From the NCBI GenBank assembly GCA_020184695.1, contig JAANOX010000267.1, positions 77,941 through 141,940 on the forward strand: 64,000 bases of DNA. Reading direction: 5' to 3'. Source of the DNA: Histomonas meleagridis 2922-C6/04-290x. Taxonomy: Eukaryota; Protista; Parabasalia. The position numbers and the translations under genes are program-made. This document shows positions 43,441-54,710 of the stretch, one piece after another (position 1 is the first letter of the stretch; each line of letters begins with the position of its first letter). Under the pieces are notes generated by a model. That model saw nothing but the letters and a program-made list of their open reading frames with translations. It was not told where the DNA came from and did no database searches.

Positions 43441-45717
43441 ATGAAAAAAAGGAGGGCTTCCTCCGTCTCAAGGGCATATCCAACAACATCAGAATTATCC
43501 GATCAAATAAAAAAGCTATTTCAAAATGCTGGTTTAGATATCGAGCCAATAAAAATTAATTCTGAAGCAGAAGTTTCTCATGAAATTAAGTACCTTGAAA
43601 AAAATATATCTGAAGGAAATGATTGGGAGCAACAAGTTTCTGCAATTCAGCGTGCAATGGGATTAATAAATGGAGGCGCATTGAAATTTCTGCAATTTCA
43701 AAAAGGGTTAACTAAAATTTCTCCTGGACTTATTTCCGCAGCAAAAAATTTAAGGAGTGGCTTAGTCAAACAAAGTTGCCTTTTTATTTCTCAGTTAGCT
43801 AGAGAATTTAAATCATCAATTGAATCTGTTGGTGATTTTGTTACACCTCTCTCTGTGCAACTATCCCATGGAACACAAATCATCGCTGAAAGTTGCAAAT
43901 ATGCGATTCTTAGTATTGCAAAAAATTGTCCATCAAGAAAAATCCTTAATTCAATTATTGAAATCGGAAATTCGCGCTCAGCACCTTCTCGCACGGTTGC
44001 TGCAGAGTCAATTCTTCTTATTTTACAAAATTGGGATATTCAATTTTTATCTCCACATCTCAAAAAAATAGAATCAATTATTTCTAAATTGGTTTCAGAT
44101 TCTTCACCAAATGCTCGTTCTTTTGCTCGTCAAGCTGCAGCAGCTTATAAATCAATCTTTCCACAAATTGCAGATGCTTTTATTTCAACTCTTGATCCAC
44201 GAACACAAATGACAATTAATGAAAACCAAACGATACATTCAACTGAAAAAAACAACACCACTAAGCGAATCCAATACAACAAACCTCAAAAACAAACGAA
44301 AAAGGAAAACGTTAATCTCCAACCGCAACGATACGACGATAGCGTCCAAACAAATCAAAATCAAAAACAACGTAAAAACATTCCAAGTTTTAAGCGTAAA
44401 ATGAGTTCAGTTCAACCAAAAAGAGTTCAAATTGAAAACAATACAATAAAGCTTGTTGAAGGAAATGAAAAACAATATCTTCAATCAATTCGAAAAATAA
44501 TTTTAGAAGACAATCAAAGTGAACTTCAAAACTCAATGGAATCCATAGCAAATGACTTAATAATTTGTTCATCTAATATTTCATCTGTTATTTCATCCAC
44601 AGCATTAATACTTATTGAACAAATATTACCAAATTTTAAAACATTTTTCGAACCACTTTTATCATTATTAATTAAAACATTAATCGAACAAGTTGAACAT
44701 GGATGTCCACGTTCATCATCGACATCACGAATCATATTAACAAATTTAACCGAATATTATAACATTCATCAATTAATAATCGTTTCATTAACACTTCAGC
44801 CATCAATTCCATTATTAAATTACATTTCATTTTTAATATCATTCGATAACATCGAAAATTTCGATGATGAAAACATATATCAAAAACTTTTAGTTTTAGC
44901 ATTTAAATGTTATAACATTGGGAAAATTCAAAATCGTCATTTATCAGCTCGAATCATTGAATTCGTCAATAAAAAAAGTCCAAATTCCATTCAAACATTT
45001 ACAAATAATTTACGTGATGAACAACTTCAAGAATTTTCCGATTTTATATTATCGTATATTCCAAACTTAAACTTACGACCGATTAAGAACAATGTTCCTA
45101 TTTTTAACACTAAAAACCCAAACTTATGGCTAAAGAAGATCAAAAAGTTAATAAAAAATTCTGATAACGATTTTTCTTATATCAAATACAAAGTATATAT
45201 TGAATTAAACGAAGCGCTTTTAGCACAATTTGAACCGAACGAAATCATAAAAATAATTTTAAACATTTTGTTGAAAAATGATATCAACGATTTCGAAAAA
45301 ATTATTCCCGGAATACTATTAAACACAAGACAAAAAAACATAAAAAATGAAATAGAAAAAATTTTTAATATAATAATAAAAAAGTGTCAAATTATGGAAT
45401 TAATTTCTGCATTACAAAATTCGATCGAACAATTCGATAATATTCCAGAATTATCACGAAACGCATTGATGTTCCAAATAAGAATAATCGCCTCTTTCAA
45501 TAAAAACGAGATAAATAACGCAGTGGAATTAATGATTCCTGCATTAACAAAAGCATTCGACGCAAAATTGCCCGAAATTAGAAAGGCAGTCGTGTTGAAC
45601 TTCGTCGAATTGTTCATTAAATTGGGTAACGATGTAATGAATAGATATATATTACATTTAAATAAGGGGAAACAAAAATTAATAGCAATTTATGTGGCAA
45701 AAAGAAAAACTGCTTAG
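43441..45717 (+). CDS. CLASP-family microtubule-associated protein
   Basis: DWEQQVSAIQ, AKNLRSGLVKQSC, LVSDSSPNARSFARQA (TOG/CLASP_N). C-terminal AFDAKLPEIRKAVVLNFVELF..LG......HLN.GKQKLI.IY (CLIP-binding domain). Confidence 0.88.
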   Translation: MKKRRASSVSRAYPTTSELSDQIKKLFQNAGLDIEPIKINSEAEVSHEIKYLEKNISEGNDWEQQVSAIQRAMGLINGGALKFLQFQKGLTKISPGLISAAKNLRSGLVKQSCLFISQLAREFKSSIESVGDFVTPLSVQLSHGTQIIAESCKYAILSIAKNCPSRKILNSIIEIGNSRSAPSRTVAAESILLILQNWDIQFLSPHLKKIESIISKLVSDSSPNARSFARQAAAAYKSIFPQIADAFISTLDPRTQMTINENQTIHSTEKNNTTKRIQYNKPQKQTKKENVNLQPQRYDDSVQTNQNQKQRKNIPSFKRKMSSVQPKRVQIENNTIKLVEGNEKQYLQSIRKIILEDNQSELQNSMESIANDLIICSSNISSVISSTALILIEQILPNFKTFFEPLLSLLIKTLIEQVEHGCPRSSSTSRIILTNLTEYYNIHQLIIVSLTLQPSIPLLNYISFLISFDNIENFDDENIYQKLLVLAFKCYNIGKIQNRHLSARIIEFVNKKSPNSIQTFTNNLRDEQLQEFSDFILSYIPNLNLRPIKNNVPIFNTKNPNLWLKKIKKLIKNSDNDFSYIKYKVYIELNEALLAQFEPNEIIKIILNILLKNDINDFEKIIPGILLNTRQKNIKNEIEKIFNIIIKKCQIMELISALQNSIEQFDNIPELSRNALMFQIRIIASFNKNEINNAVELMIPALTKAFDAKLPEIRKAVVLNFVELFIKLGNDVMNRYILHLNKGKQKLIAIYVAKRKTA

Positions 45718-45907
45718 TTTTTTGTTATTAAATATTATTATAAATCTGAATTTTTTTTTCATTTTCTACCGATAGAATTTTCTATACAACGATAATACTT
45801 TTTCATAACAACGATATAATTTGAATAAAACGATAAGTAACGTATTCAATGTATCCACTTTTTGATAGCATCGATACAATTGTTCTGCTTTTGATTGCGA
45901 AAATGGT

Positions 45908-48160
45908 TCATATCCATTGGTCGTTGTCATTGATTATTGATTCTTTAACATCGTCTTGAATGTTTTCAAATTGTTGATTTTGTACGTCACTTTGTTCAAT
46001 GCTTTCGTCATCAGTTTGAACATTTTTATTGTTTTGATGTCGTACAACGAACAAAATGATTGCGATAATGACAATGACAGCGGCAATCGAGCCGCAAACG
46101 ATTCCAATAACTTCGCCTTCAGAGAGCGAATTCATACTACTGTCTGACTGCGAATACATAGTAATGAAATACGTGTAAAATGCTTGCAGGGATGGATAGC
46201 GAACGACAGAGTATTCATAATAAACAAATTCGGTGTAAATATATGTCGAGGACCGCAAAGTATTTGTGAGAATACGCGTGTTCGAGATGTACGTGTTGAC
46301 TACCGTGAAGCTTTCGACGGAAGTGAGCGAATATGTCAAAGAAAACGTATGCGTCATTGCATGTGAACTCGATGATTCTGTTGGTGCTGTTGTTGACTCA
46401 GAAGATGATTCACTTGATGATTCAGACGATAATTCACTTGGTGATTCAGACGATAATTCACCTGATGATTCAGATGATAATTCACTTGATGATTCAGATG
46501 ATAATTCACTTGATGATTCAGATGATAATTCACTTGATGATTCAGACGATAATTCACTTGATGATTCAGACGATAATTCACTTGATGATTCAGATGATAA
46601 TTCACTTGATGATTCACTTGGTGATTCAGATGATAATTCACTTGATGATTCAGAATATGATTCACTTGGTGATTCACTTGGTGATTCAGAAGATGATTCA
46701 GAAGATGATTCACTTGGTGATTCAGAAGATGATTCACTTAATGATTCAGAAGATGATTCACTTGGTGATTCAGAAGATGATTCACTTGGTAATTCATCCG
46801 ATGATCCGTCATTATTTACTATGTTATAACTCTTTAAGCTATTTGCTGCAGATTTAATTGTAAAGTTTTCTTCTTTTGTGTTAACTTGAACCTCACCGAA
46901 GTGATCGAATACTATTTCCACATCGTTCATAATAATTTTATCTTCTTCTACACCAATATGGCTTATATCAACATTTTGAACTGTCAGTGATTTACCATAA
47001 AGAAAACTCTGCATTGTCTTTAATGAATTTATATCAGTGACAATGTCATTTGCCTTAAGTTTTTTAGGTTTACAATTCCCAATGACACTCAAATTTTCCA
47101 TTTCCAAATTCCATAAATTTACATTTGTTTCATATCCAAATCCAACGAATAAGTTTTGAAGTTTTGTTGTCGAATGTTCATTTTCCCCAACATCATATTC
47201 ATTATGATTATCAATATATAAATGTGAATCATCTTCAGATGCAATTGAATGATTTTTCTTTAACAAATTTAATGGATTAATATTATGTTTGGAATAATTT
47301 GTTAACATAATATTAATTTCATTTTCTTTTACTATTTCATAAAAATTATTTAAATTCGTTTCATTTGTTATTATGTTATATTCTTTGGAACATTTGTTCG
47401 AACTTATTGATGAACAAATGTAATTAGGAAAACAATTAATTGCCCAAAATTCGAATGTTTTCCATTTTGTTGATGATATTATCACTTTGCATTTAGTATT
47501 AATTTGTATTTTTGTCATGTTTTGGATTTCAGTAACTATTAAATGTTCGTCAAGATAAATTCGTTCTGTTGTAAGTGTTTCGTTATCGCATATAATTGTT
47601 CCAATTGTATCATTTGGAAGTTGAATTTCTGGTTGTGATATCAACGAAACTTTTGGATATATTAATCGATATGGAACTGGACCTGGAGGAGGATATACAA
47701 TAAAGTCATGTTCATTTTGTAGATTTTCATTTGCTACAATTGAAGTAAAAACCGAATTTCGATATTTGATGTCATTTTCGGATTTTCCATTGCTTTCAAC
47801 ATAAGGCTCATTTGAAATTATTTTTTTAATATCTTTGAAATTAATTGCATTTTGCTTTTCCTTGTCAGGTAATGACATGCCCATGGATGATTTTTGCATA
47901 ATTATTTGTTTTTCATCAAGATATGAAAGTGATGGTAAACCAACTAGATTTCGATAAAAATTTAAATGGCGTTCTGCTTCATTAACGGTGTCGAAAACTA
48001 TATCTGTCTTTGTAGTTGGAATTGAATTATAATCTGAGTTAACATTATATTGATTTTTCATCATTGTGCATACTTCGTCATTTGATCTATTTTGTAATTG
48101 CCGAAGGAATTTTGAAGTGTACGAATTAGCAAGAAAGAAAAAACACAAACAAAATAACAT
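45908..48160 (-). CDS. Type I surface protein: signal peptide, degenerate CAP-like domain, Ser/Glu-rich stalk, TM and short tail
   Basis: MLFCLCFFFLA leader; HLNFYRNLVGLP and YPPPGPVPYRLI; (SSELSSES)n; TM VIGIVCGSIAAVIVIIAIILFVV. Confidence 0.75.
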   Translation of the reverse strand: MLFCLCFFFLANSYTSKFLRQLQNRSNDEVCTMMKNQYNVNSDYNSIPTTKTDIVFDTVNEAERHLNFYRNLVGLPSLSYLDEKQIIMQKSSMGMSLPDKEKQNAINFKDIKKIISNEPYVESNGKSENDIKYRNSVFTSIVANENLQNEHDFIVYPPPGPVPYRLIYPKVSLISQPEIQLPNDTIGTIICDNETLTTERIYLDEHLIVTEIQNMTKIQINTKCKVIISSTKWKTFEFWAINCFPNYICSSISSNKCSKEYNIITNETNLNNFYEIVKENEINIMLTNYSKHNINPLNLLKKNHSIASEDDSHLYIDNHNEYDVGENEHSTTKLQNLFVGFGYETNVNLWNLEMENLSVIGNCKPKKLKANDIVTDINSLKTMQSFLYGKSLTVQNVDISHIGVEEDKIIMNDVEIVFDHFGEVQVNTKEENFTIKSAANSLKSYNIVNNDGSSDELPSESSSESPSESSSESLSESSSESPSESSSESSSESPSESPSESYSESSSELSSESPSESSSELSSESSSELSSESSSELSSESSSELSSESSSELSSESSSELSSESSGELSSESPSELSSESSSESSSESTTAPTESSSSHAMTHTFSLTYSLTSVESFTVVNTYISNTRILTNTLRSSTYIYTEFVYYEYSVVRYPSLQAFYTYFITMYSQSDSSMNSLSEGEVIGIVCGSIAAVIVIIAIILFVVRHQNNKNVQTDDESIEQSDVQNQQFENIQDDVKESIINDNDQWI
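46395..46800 (-). repeat. 12/24-bp coding tandem repeat (SSES-L/P/S)
   Basis: gattcagatgataattcacttgat-type units on the + strand, about 17 copies. Confidence 0.95.
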
Positions 48161-48435
48161 TTATTGTTGTGAAATCTTTTGCGATATTGACATTGTAAAA
48201 CCTGAAAATAATTAAAGTAAATCAATGAAAATTGATAGTCAAAACCGAAATCTGGTCAAAAACCGATTAAAATTTTCTATTAAGTTAGTTATCAAATTTG
48301 CGAACGCACTTTTGTAATCAAAAAGTGAAGCAAAAAAAAAAAAAAGATTTTTGTAAACGTTCCAACATTTGTATCGTAATCACAGAACCGCCATTTGTCA
48401 GGGCGCCCCTATATAATCACACAGAAACAGTCACA

Positions 48436-48888
48436 ATGAAGAAAACAAAAAGGATAGAAGATGATGTCAGATCAATCACTAGCTCTGCTTCTTCCAGGGC
48501 CAAAACACACGTTGATGAAAAGCTACTGAATATGGTTTCCGATCGAGTTTATGATAAAATTGACGAAATCTCAAGGAAAAAAGCAATAGAAGCATACAAA
48601 GCAAACTTCAAGCACCTTTTGCGGAATTTAAATGAAAACCACAGAATAGTTGAAGAAATTTATGGAACAGAAAAAGATGCAAAAGATAGCTCATGGAAAA
48701 TCAAACCAGCTAAAGTTGATAAGGAAACCCTTTCCAAAGAAGTAGAAAAGCTCAAGAACAAAATTAAACGAATCAAAAAAGATAATGAAAAACTTCAAAC
48801 AGAAAATGAAGAAAACAAAACTAAGCTGCAAATTATATATGAACAGAATGAAAACTTAAATCGTCTCAAGGTGCAACTTGACTTGTGA
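48436..48888 (+). CDS. Hypothetical coiled-coil protein
   Basis: TCACA Inr immediately before ATG 48436; heptad-rich C-terminal half. Confidence 0.7.
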   Translation: MKKTKRIEDDVRSITSSASSRAKTHVDEKLLNMVSDRVYDKIDEISRKKAIEAYKANFKHLLRNLNENHRIVEEIYGTEKDAKDSSWKIKPAKVDKETLSKEVEKLKNKIKRIKKDNEKLQTENEENKTKLQIIYEQNENLNRLKVQLDL

Positions 48889-49491
48889 AAATATTTGTTC
48901 CAAATTGTCTACATTTATATCTAAAAAGAAACATGTTAAGCAAAACTATGTTTTATTTTCAGATATATATTCGCAAAATTTAATTATTGAATTTCCAAAA
49001 TCCGTTTATGTTACCATAAAACCTCATTTAGTTTTAACTGCATAGAGAAATTAAAAATAATGTGTAAATTATTCCATTTTTTCTCAGAACAAGAAATTAA
49101 TAAACATCTTAAAAACATTTATGAATTGTGGATTATTTAATCGGCTCGTTCTCAAAACAAATGTTATCGTTGTCAGCTAAATATTAATTGAATATTTCTG
49201 TTCTTCTTTATCGCTTTTGAATGCCTTTTGACTTCACTTTCTTCTTTGTCAACGCTCAAAAAATGTCAAATAACCGTTTAATGTTTCAAATAAAAATGAA
49301 ATTATCTTCAAAATAATCATCAATATCAATATGTAATACACCACAGCATCCATCAATACTTAAGTCTATTGTCATTATCCAATAGTATTAAAATAATTTC
49401 ATTTATTCATTCGAAATGAAAAACATCAAACGACCGTTAACCACATTATTACGACCGTTAAACACTTTTTCAGAACAGCAAATTATTATCT

Positions 49492-50834
49492 ATGTTTGAA
49501 AACGCGCTTCGCGAAGTCATCAAACTCGATGACGTCCAGAAATTCAAAGCACTTTTGTACGGCAAAGATGGCACATACAAACTCGATGACAAGTATTTAA
49601 CCCAAATATGCGCACTCTTAGATTCGCCCGGCTGTATGGCGCAAGCGATTCTCATGGGCCAACCGGTCAATTTAGATGACTCTGATGAGATGTGTCCACT
49701 TAATTGCGCTTCATTTTCAGGATCAGTTGAAACAGCTGCTCTTTTAATTGAAGCCGGAGCACATCCAAACTCAGTCTATAAGGGCGAAACAGCGCTAATG
49801 ATGGCAATCCGTAACTCCACCATTGATCATGTCAAGATGTTGTTAGATGCCAACGCAGACTTAGCTCGTATTGAGTATGCTGCTCGCTACGCGCTTCATC
49901 CTGACGAATTAATTCCATTTATTGACAACGGTGACAAAAATGTTGCATTAGAAGAAGCAGTTATGGGCGGCAAATCAGATAATGTCAAACTCTTATTAAA
50001 GTACGGAGCGAAGCCATCGATGATGTCATTACTTGTTGCATGTTCATACAACTTCCACATTATAGTCAAATTACTATTAGATGCAGGCGTTCAAGCTGAC
50101 GATGTCGCAATGCAGACGTGCATCTACTGGACGTCACTCGATGCTATGGAGGAGCTCCTTAAGTGGGGATTGAAACCGATCGATTTTGATGTTCATTACG
50201 CGATCATGCACAATCGCCCGGAATCGCTTAAGTACTTGATCAAGAAAGGCGCAGGCGTCGAAGGAGAGATCAACGGCACATTACCTATACATGTTGCGGC
50301 AAGACATGGCCGCATTGAATGTTTGAAGATATTAATCGAGAACGGCGCACGTATAATGCTTCAGATAACCTCGGATGTATCCCAATGCACTGGGCAGCGA
50401 TATTACGTAGCTCAGAGGTCATGAAATATCTGCTCGAGAAAGGTTCTTACGTTAACCTTAAGGATGATTATGAATATAAGCCAATGGTTAGGAAGCCGAC
50501 GAAGGACTGGAGTCCAATTCATGCTTCTATTGAAGGTAATGGCGTCGATGTAGTGAGAGTTCTGTTGGATAATAACGCTGAGCAAATTAGAATGTGGGAT
50601 GGAAGAACCCCATTACATATTGCAGTACAAAATGATAGAAAAGAATTGTTTGAAATGCTGCTGAAACATGGCGCTGATTTACAAGCAATTAACGCAAAGG
50701 ATCAAACACCAATTGAATTGGCATATGCTTTAGAAAGAGAAGATTTGGTTGAGGAATTAAGGAAATGGGCAGGACCAGATGTGCATGCAGCTCAGGCAGC
50801 AAAGAAACTCTATGAAGATTCAAAGAGTAAATAA
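49492..50834 (+). CDS. Ankyrin-repeat protein split by a 1-nt frameshift at about 50354
   Basis: ORFs 49492-50424 and 50319-50834 join as ...ENGARI|NASDNLGCIPMHWAA if one A is added (cgt ata aat gct). Ordinary uninterrupted ankyrin repeats. Confidence 0.8.
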
Positions 50835-50939
50835 TGATTCGATTGTTTCGTTTAAGGAAAAAAAATGATGGAAAGTTAATTAAAGCATCAAAATGTATCA
50901 TAAATAAATTTGGCTTAGAAATATTTCCAAATTTCGGAA

Positions 50940-51011
50940 GTCTCCGTAGTCTAATGGTTAGAATAGGAGTTTAACACGCTCTTGACGGCAGTTCGATCCT
51001 GCCCGGAGACA
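50940..51011 (+). tRNA. tRNA-Val (AAC)
   Basis: Acceptor GTCTCCG/CGGAGAC; anticodon arm GGAGT-TTAACAC-GCTCT; T arm GGCAG-TTCGATC-CTGCC; D loop with GG; 72 nt, no intron. Confidence 0.93.
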
Positions 51012-51012
51012 A

Positions 51013-51026
51013 TTTTTTGTTTTTTT
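51013..51026 (+). terminator. RNA polymerase III oligo-T terminator
   Basis: TTTTTTGTTTTTTT directly after the tRNA discriminator base. Confidence 0.75.
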
Positions 51027-51926
51027 GAATGAACATTAACGATCAACTCTCCCTAATACTTGATAAAACATTCGAATTACTTCAAGACGCACATTATCTT
51101 ATGATCTAGATTTCAATACAATTTTAACTAATCTCTAGTGATAGAAATTTTCTAAATATGATTGAAAAATATATTATAATATCACATGTGATAAAGTATC
51201 AACGATGATAATCAAGATATTACAATATAAAAAAAGAATGTTTAAATTTTCTATCAATTTTACAAAATGTTATGGATATATAACACATTTTAAATACAAA
51301 TTTAATATATATTAATTCAATAAATAAAATTTTTCCAAAATTCCCATTAACACTAAATGGGTTTATATGAAAAATAGAAGGATATGTGAGACTTCTTTAA
51401 ATAAAAATAAATAGGAAATAAATATCTTTTTATTTATCAAAAAAAAGGATGGGTCAGAACTTTTTGCACCTCTTATATGTTTAGAGTTATGGTTTTAATT
51501 ATTTTATTCTTTTTTTTAATATTAAGATAACATTATAAATGTATGGTCAAATCTATGTCGATGCAAATCATACACACACACTGTACTAATTTCCTTTTTT
51601 TTAACATGAGAAAAAACTTTACTATAAATTTCATCATAAGGTTTTTAATTCCTAATTATAATATATTTAAATTATTGGCTGGTAATATAAACATTGAATC
51701 AATAATATGTTATTTTCTTTATAACAAGTTTAAATCATAATAATCCAAAAACTATTTTTTAAAAGATTAATTCAATAAAAAGTTCTTCATCCAAAACATA
51801 TTAAAAATTATATAATCCAAAAATTAAAAACCGAATATTCCTTTAATTATAAAAGTTTTATATCAAAAAGAATTTATTTCTTTTAAAGCCAATGATGTTT
51901 TATATAATGCAAACTCTGAATAAATT

Positions 51927-53234
51927 TTATTTTGGTGATTCGTAATCCCATACACATACTACTCCATCTTTACTACAAGACACAAATACTTTGTTATTTG
52001 GATGATGACTTATACAGCAGACCTCTTCGTTGTGCATTTTAATTCCTCCAATTTGTTCACCTGTTTTATATTTCCATAATCTGATCGTTTTATCAGCCGA
52101 GCCAGTAAACACCAAAGGTTCTTTAGGCGAAAATGTTATAGTTTGTATGTAATCCGAGTGACCTTTTAATGTTTGTTTCAAAGAAGCAACGCCTCTAACA
52201 ACCCAAATTTTAATTGATGGCTCTTTTGTAGATGATGTACCAATACAATCATCAAATTGTGACACAGCAACACTAACAACATCCTTCTCATGACCTGTGA
52301 AGGATATCATCGGCTGAACGAATTCGTCATCGTATATACCAATGCGACCGTTAGCAAAACCGACAACAAAAAACGGAACTCCGCTCGCTGCAGCCATCCC
52401 AGTGATAGGTGAATCGAATTGGTTATTAGATTCAGGGAGGCGCTTAATGACTTCATAAGTTTTAACGTCCCAAACTATTATTGAACTATCAAAGGAACTA
52501 GATATTAATTGATTTCCATTAAATATTAAAGTATTGACTTCTTTGGTATGGCCTTCAAAGGTATGGATAATGGTGCGCTTTTCAACATCAAAAAGAATGA
52601 TGCTATTGTTGGGTCCACTAACAGCTAATAAGTTATCATCTTGTGAAAATTTTAAACAATACGTATACGCATTGCCAGTGATTGGAGTAGGAAGTTGTAA
52701 CGTTGCATAAATTTCGCCATCTTCGGAATTAATTATGTACAAAAAATATCCATCGGCAAAAGCGATTTTGGAGCCACTTGAGGAAAATTGAATAACACTA
52801 ACATGTGAGGATGTATTAAGCGCATATCGTAATTTGATGTTGGAAGGTGAGAATGATTCTGAAAAAGATTGGATTTCAGGAATTCCATTGTAATTTTCAA
52901 GAGTTGCCATTTTGTTGATATCTGTTGCAAGTGGTTTTGGTACTGATGGAGCTGCTAACATTTGTATTTGAGATGTTGGAGGATAATTATGATTTGAATA
53001 ATCTAATTTTTGTTTTAATGTTTTAAAAATATTACGGAGTTGATTGTGATCTTCTTGACATTGTTGAAGATGAATAATATATTGATCGTGTGCTCTTTCT
53101 AAATTAAGGTTTTCTTCTTTGATTGCTTCAATACTTCTTTTTGCTGTATTAATCGTTTGGATTAAATTGCTTAATTGTTTTGATTGAAATGTTTGGCTTC
53201 GTACTGTGATTGTTATGTTTTTGTTGGATGCCAT
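51927..53234 (-). CDS. Tup1-like coiled-coil plus WD40 protein
   Basis: N-terminal coiled coil and low-complexity linker, then 7 WD40 repeats (FEGHTKEVNTL, LKGHSDYIQTITFS..LVFTGSADKTIRLW). ATG (MASNK) at 53234. Confidence 0.75.
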   Translation of the reverse strand: MASNKNITITVRSQTFQSKQLSNLIQTINTAKRSIEAIKEENLNLERAHDQYIIHLQQCQEDHNQLRNIFKTLKQKLDYSNHNYPPTSQIQMLAAPSVPKPLATDINKMATLENYNGIPEIQSFSESFSPSNIKLRYALNTSSHVSVIQFSSSGSKIAFADGYFLYIINSEDGEIYATLQLPTPITGNAYTYCLKFSQDDNLLAVSGPNNSIILFDVEKRTIIHTFEGHTKEVNTLIFNGNQLISSSFDSSIIVWDVKTYEVIKRLPESNNQFDSPITGMAAASGVPFFVVGFANGRIGIYDDEFVQPMISFTGHEKDVVSVAVSQFDDCIGTSSTKEPSIKIWVVRGVASLKQTLKGHSDYIQTITFSPKEPLVFTGSADKTIRLWKYKTGEQIGGIKMHNEEVCCISHHPNNKVFVSCSKDGVVCVWDYESPK

Positions 53235-53483
53235 TTCTAACTTTAAATGAAATTTGAGAGCGCTAACCGCATTTTTTAAACGTGCGTATTCAAATTGGAA
53301 CACACTGCCACTTTTCACGTTCTCTCAAAAAAATTTACAACAAATATCAAAGGGCGCCCCAAAGACGTTTATATGCGTTTATTTTTAATTCAACGGTTTA
53401 GTGTGGCAAAATCTCCTGATGTAAACACATCAAAAAGTCTCGTAACGCATTCAAAAAGTTGGCGATTTTCAAATCTGCAGAGT

Positions 53484-54710
53484 TTATTCGTAATATTCGT
53501 CACTAATGAATTTGCAGATTGCGCTTGCATTGGATGCAACTTGGTTACTATCAAGAGCGCTTTGACGGTATTGCTTAATACGACTTACATCTCCACCAGC
53601 CTTTTCGAGGAATTTGTTAACAAGGAAGTTTGCGCAATCATCTGGATTATGTGGATCACCAACATATTCTGGGAAGACTTTGGTGAATGAATCTGTGTTC
53701 TTGACTTTTTCGGTGAACACATCAAATTTATTGCAGATGAGGAAAATTGGTGCATCAATGAACTTCTCTTTGTGTGTGATTTCATCGAAAATGGAAAGGG
53801 CATCGTTGATACGAAGGATGGATGGATCTTCAAACATTGGCTTATCATATTCAGCAAATGAAACTACAAAGATACAGCCTGCAACTTCGTCCATGACTTT
53901 CTCCCACTTAGAACGTTCGTTCTTTTGACCACCGACATCATAGATACGGATAATAGCTCCGTTGATATCGAATGTAACTTGATCAATACCAATAGAACGG
54001 ATACGTGCACGAAGAACATCATCATCGGATGGAACATAGTCATCATCTTGAAGTTCATCAATCTTTCCAAAGAAGTAATCCATGTGATCTGGAATAATTG
54101 TTTCATCTTTGTGTTCAAATGCTTCTTGGATAGCCGGATCTTCCCATAATTGCTTCAATGATTCTGCTAATTCTGGTGTGAACTCACAGTTGAATGCATT
54201 TAATGACATAATATTTTGAGATTCTTGTTCTAAGTCTTCATTAATCTCACGGTCGTTACGTTCAACCCAAACGAGTAAAGTTTGCATAGCTTCAACAAGA
54301 TTTCCTCTGATAGTTGATACAAAGCTTTCTCGATCATCTTGATTAATTCCACCGAGGAATTTGATCTTTAACTGTCGTGTGAATGTTGTCTTACCTGATT
54401 CACCAGCACCACAAAGAAGGAGGCCAAATGCTTCTGTTTCGTTATCAAGAATTGCACGTGGTGCATCTGTTGTTGTTGTTGGAGCAGGTGTAGTAGGAGC
54501 AGGTGCTGGTGCTGGTGTCGGCGCAGGAGTAGGTGCCGGAGCCGGCGTCGGCGCTGGTGCAGCAGCTGGAGCGGCAGATGGTGCTGCTGTAGGAGCAGCA
54601 GTAGGTGCTGCTGACGGAGCTGATGTTGGTGCTTGTTGTTTAGGCGTAGGTGCAGGGGCTAACGGCATTGTTTGTGTGTTTCTAGCATCACGCGACGAAG
54701 AGCATCCCAT
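53484..54710 (-). CDS. Heterotrimeric G-protein alpha subunit
   Basis: MGC lipidation motif; G1 GAGESGKTT; switch I RARIRSIGI; G3 DVGGQKNER; G4 NKFD. Confidence 0.96.
   Translation of the reverse strand: MGCSSSRDARNTQTMPLAPAPTPKQQAPTSAPSAAPTAAPTAAPSAAPAAAPAPTPAPAPTPAPTPAPAPAPTTPAPTTTTDAPRAILDNETEAFGLLLCGAGESGKTTFTRQLKIKFLGGINQDDRESFVSTIRGNLVEAMQTLLVWVERNDREINEDLEQESQNIMSLNAFNCEFTPELAESLKQLWEDPAIQEAFEHKDETIIPDHMDYFFGKIDELQDDDYVPSDDDVLRARIRSIGIDQVTFDINGAIIRIYDVGGQKNERSKWEKVMDEVAGCIFVVSFAEYDKPMFEDPSILRINDALSIFDEITHKEKFIDAPIFLICNKFDVFTEKVKNTDSFTKVFPEYVGDPHNPDDCANFLVNKFLEKAGGDVSRIKQYRQSALDSNQVASNASAICKFISDEYYE

Noticed and set aside
46184-46857. Overlapping ORFs of 60-187 aa on both strands (DDSDDNSL and MIHLMIQ repeats)
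   Set aside because: They are by-products of the stop-free 12/24-bp repeat inside the minus-strand surface protein gene.
51445-51480. Tc1/mariner-like TIR fragment (GGGTCAGAACTTTTTGCACCTCT-TA)
   Set aside because: No partner TIR or transposase remnant found in the window; too short to call.
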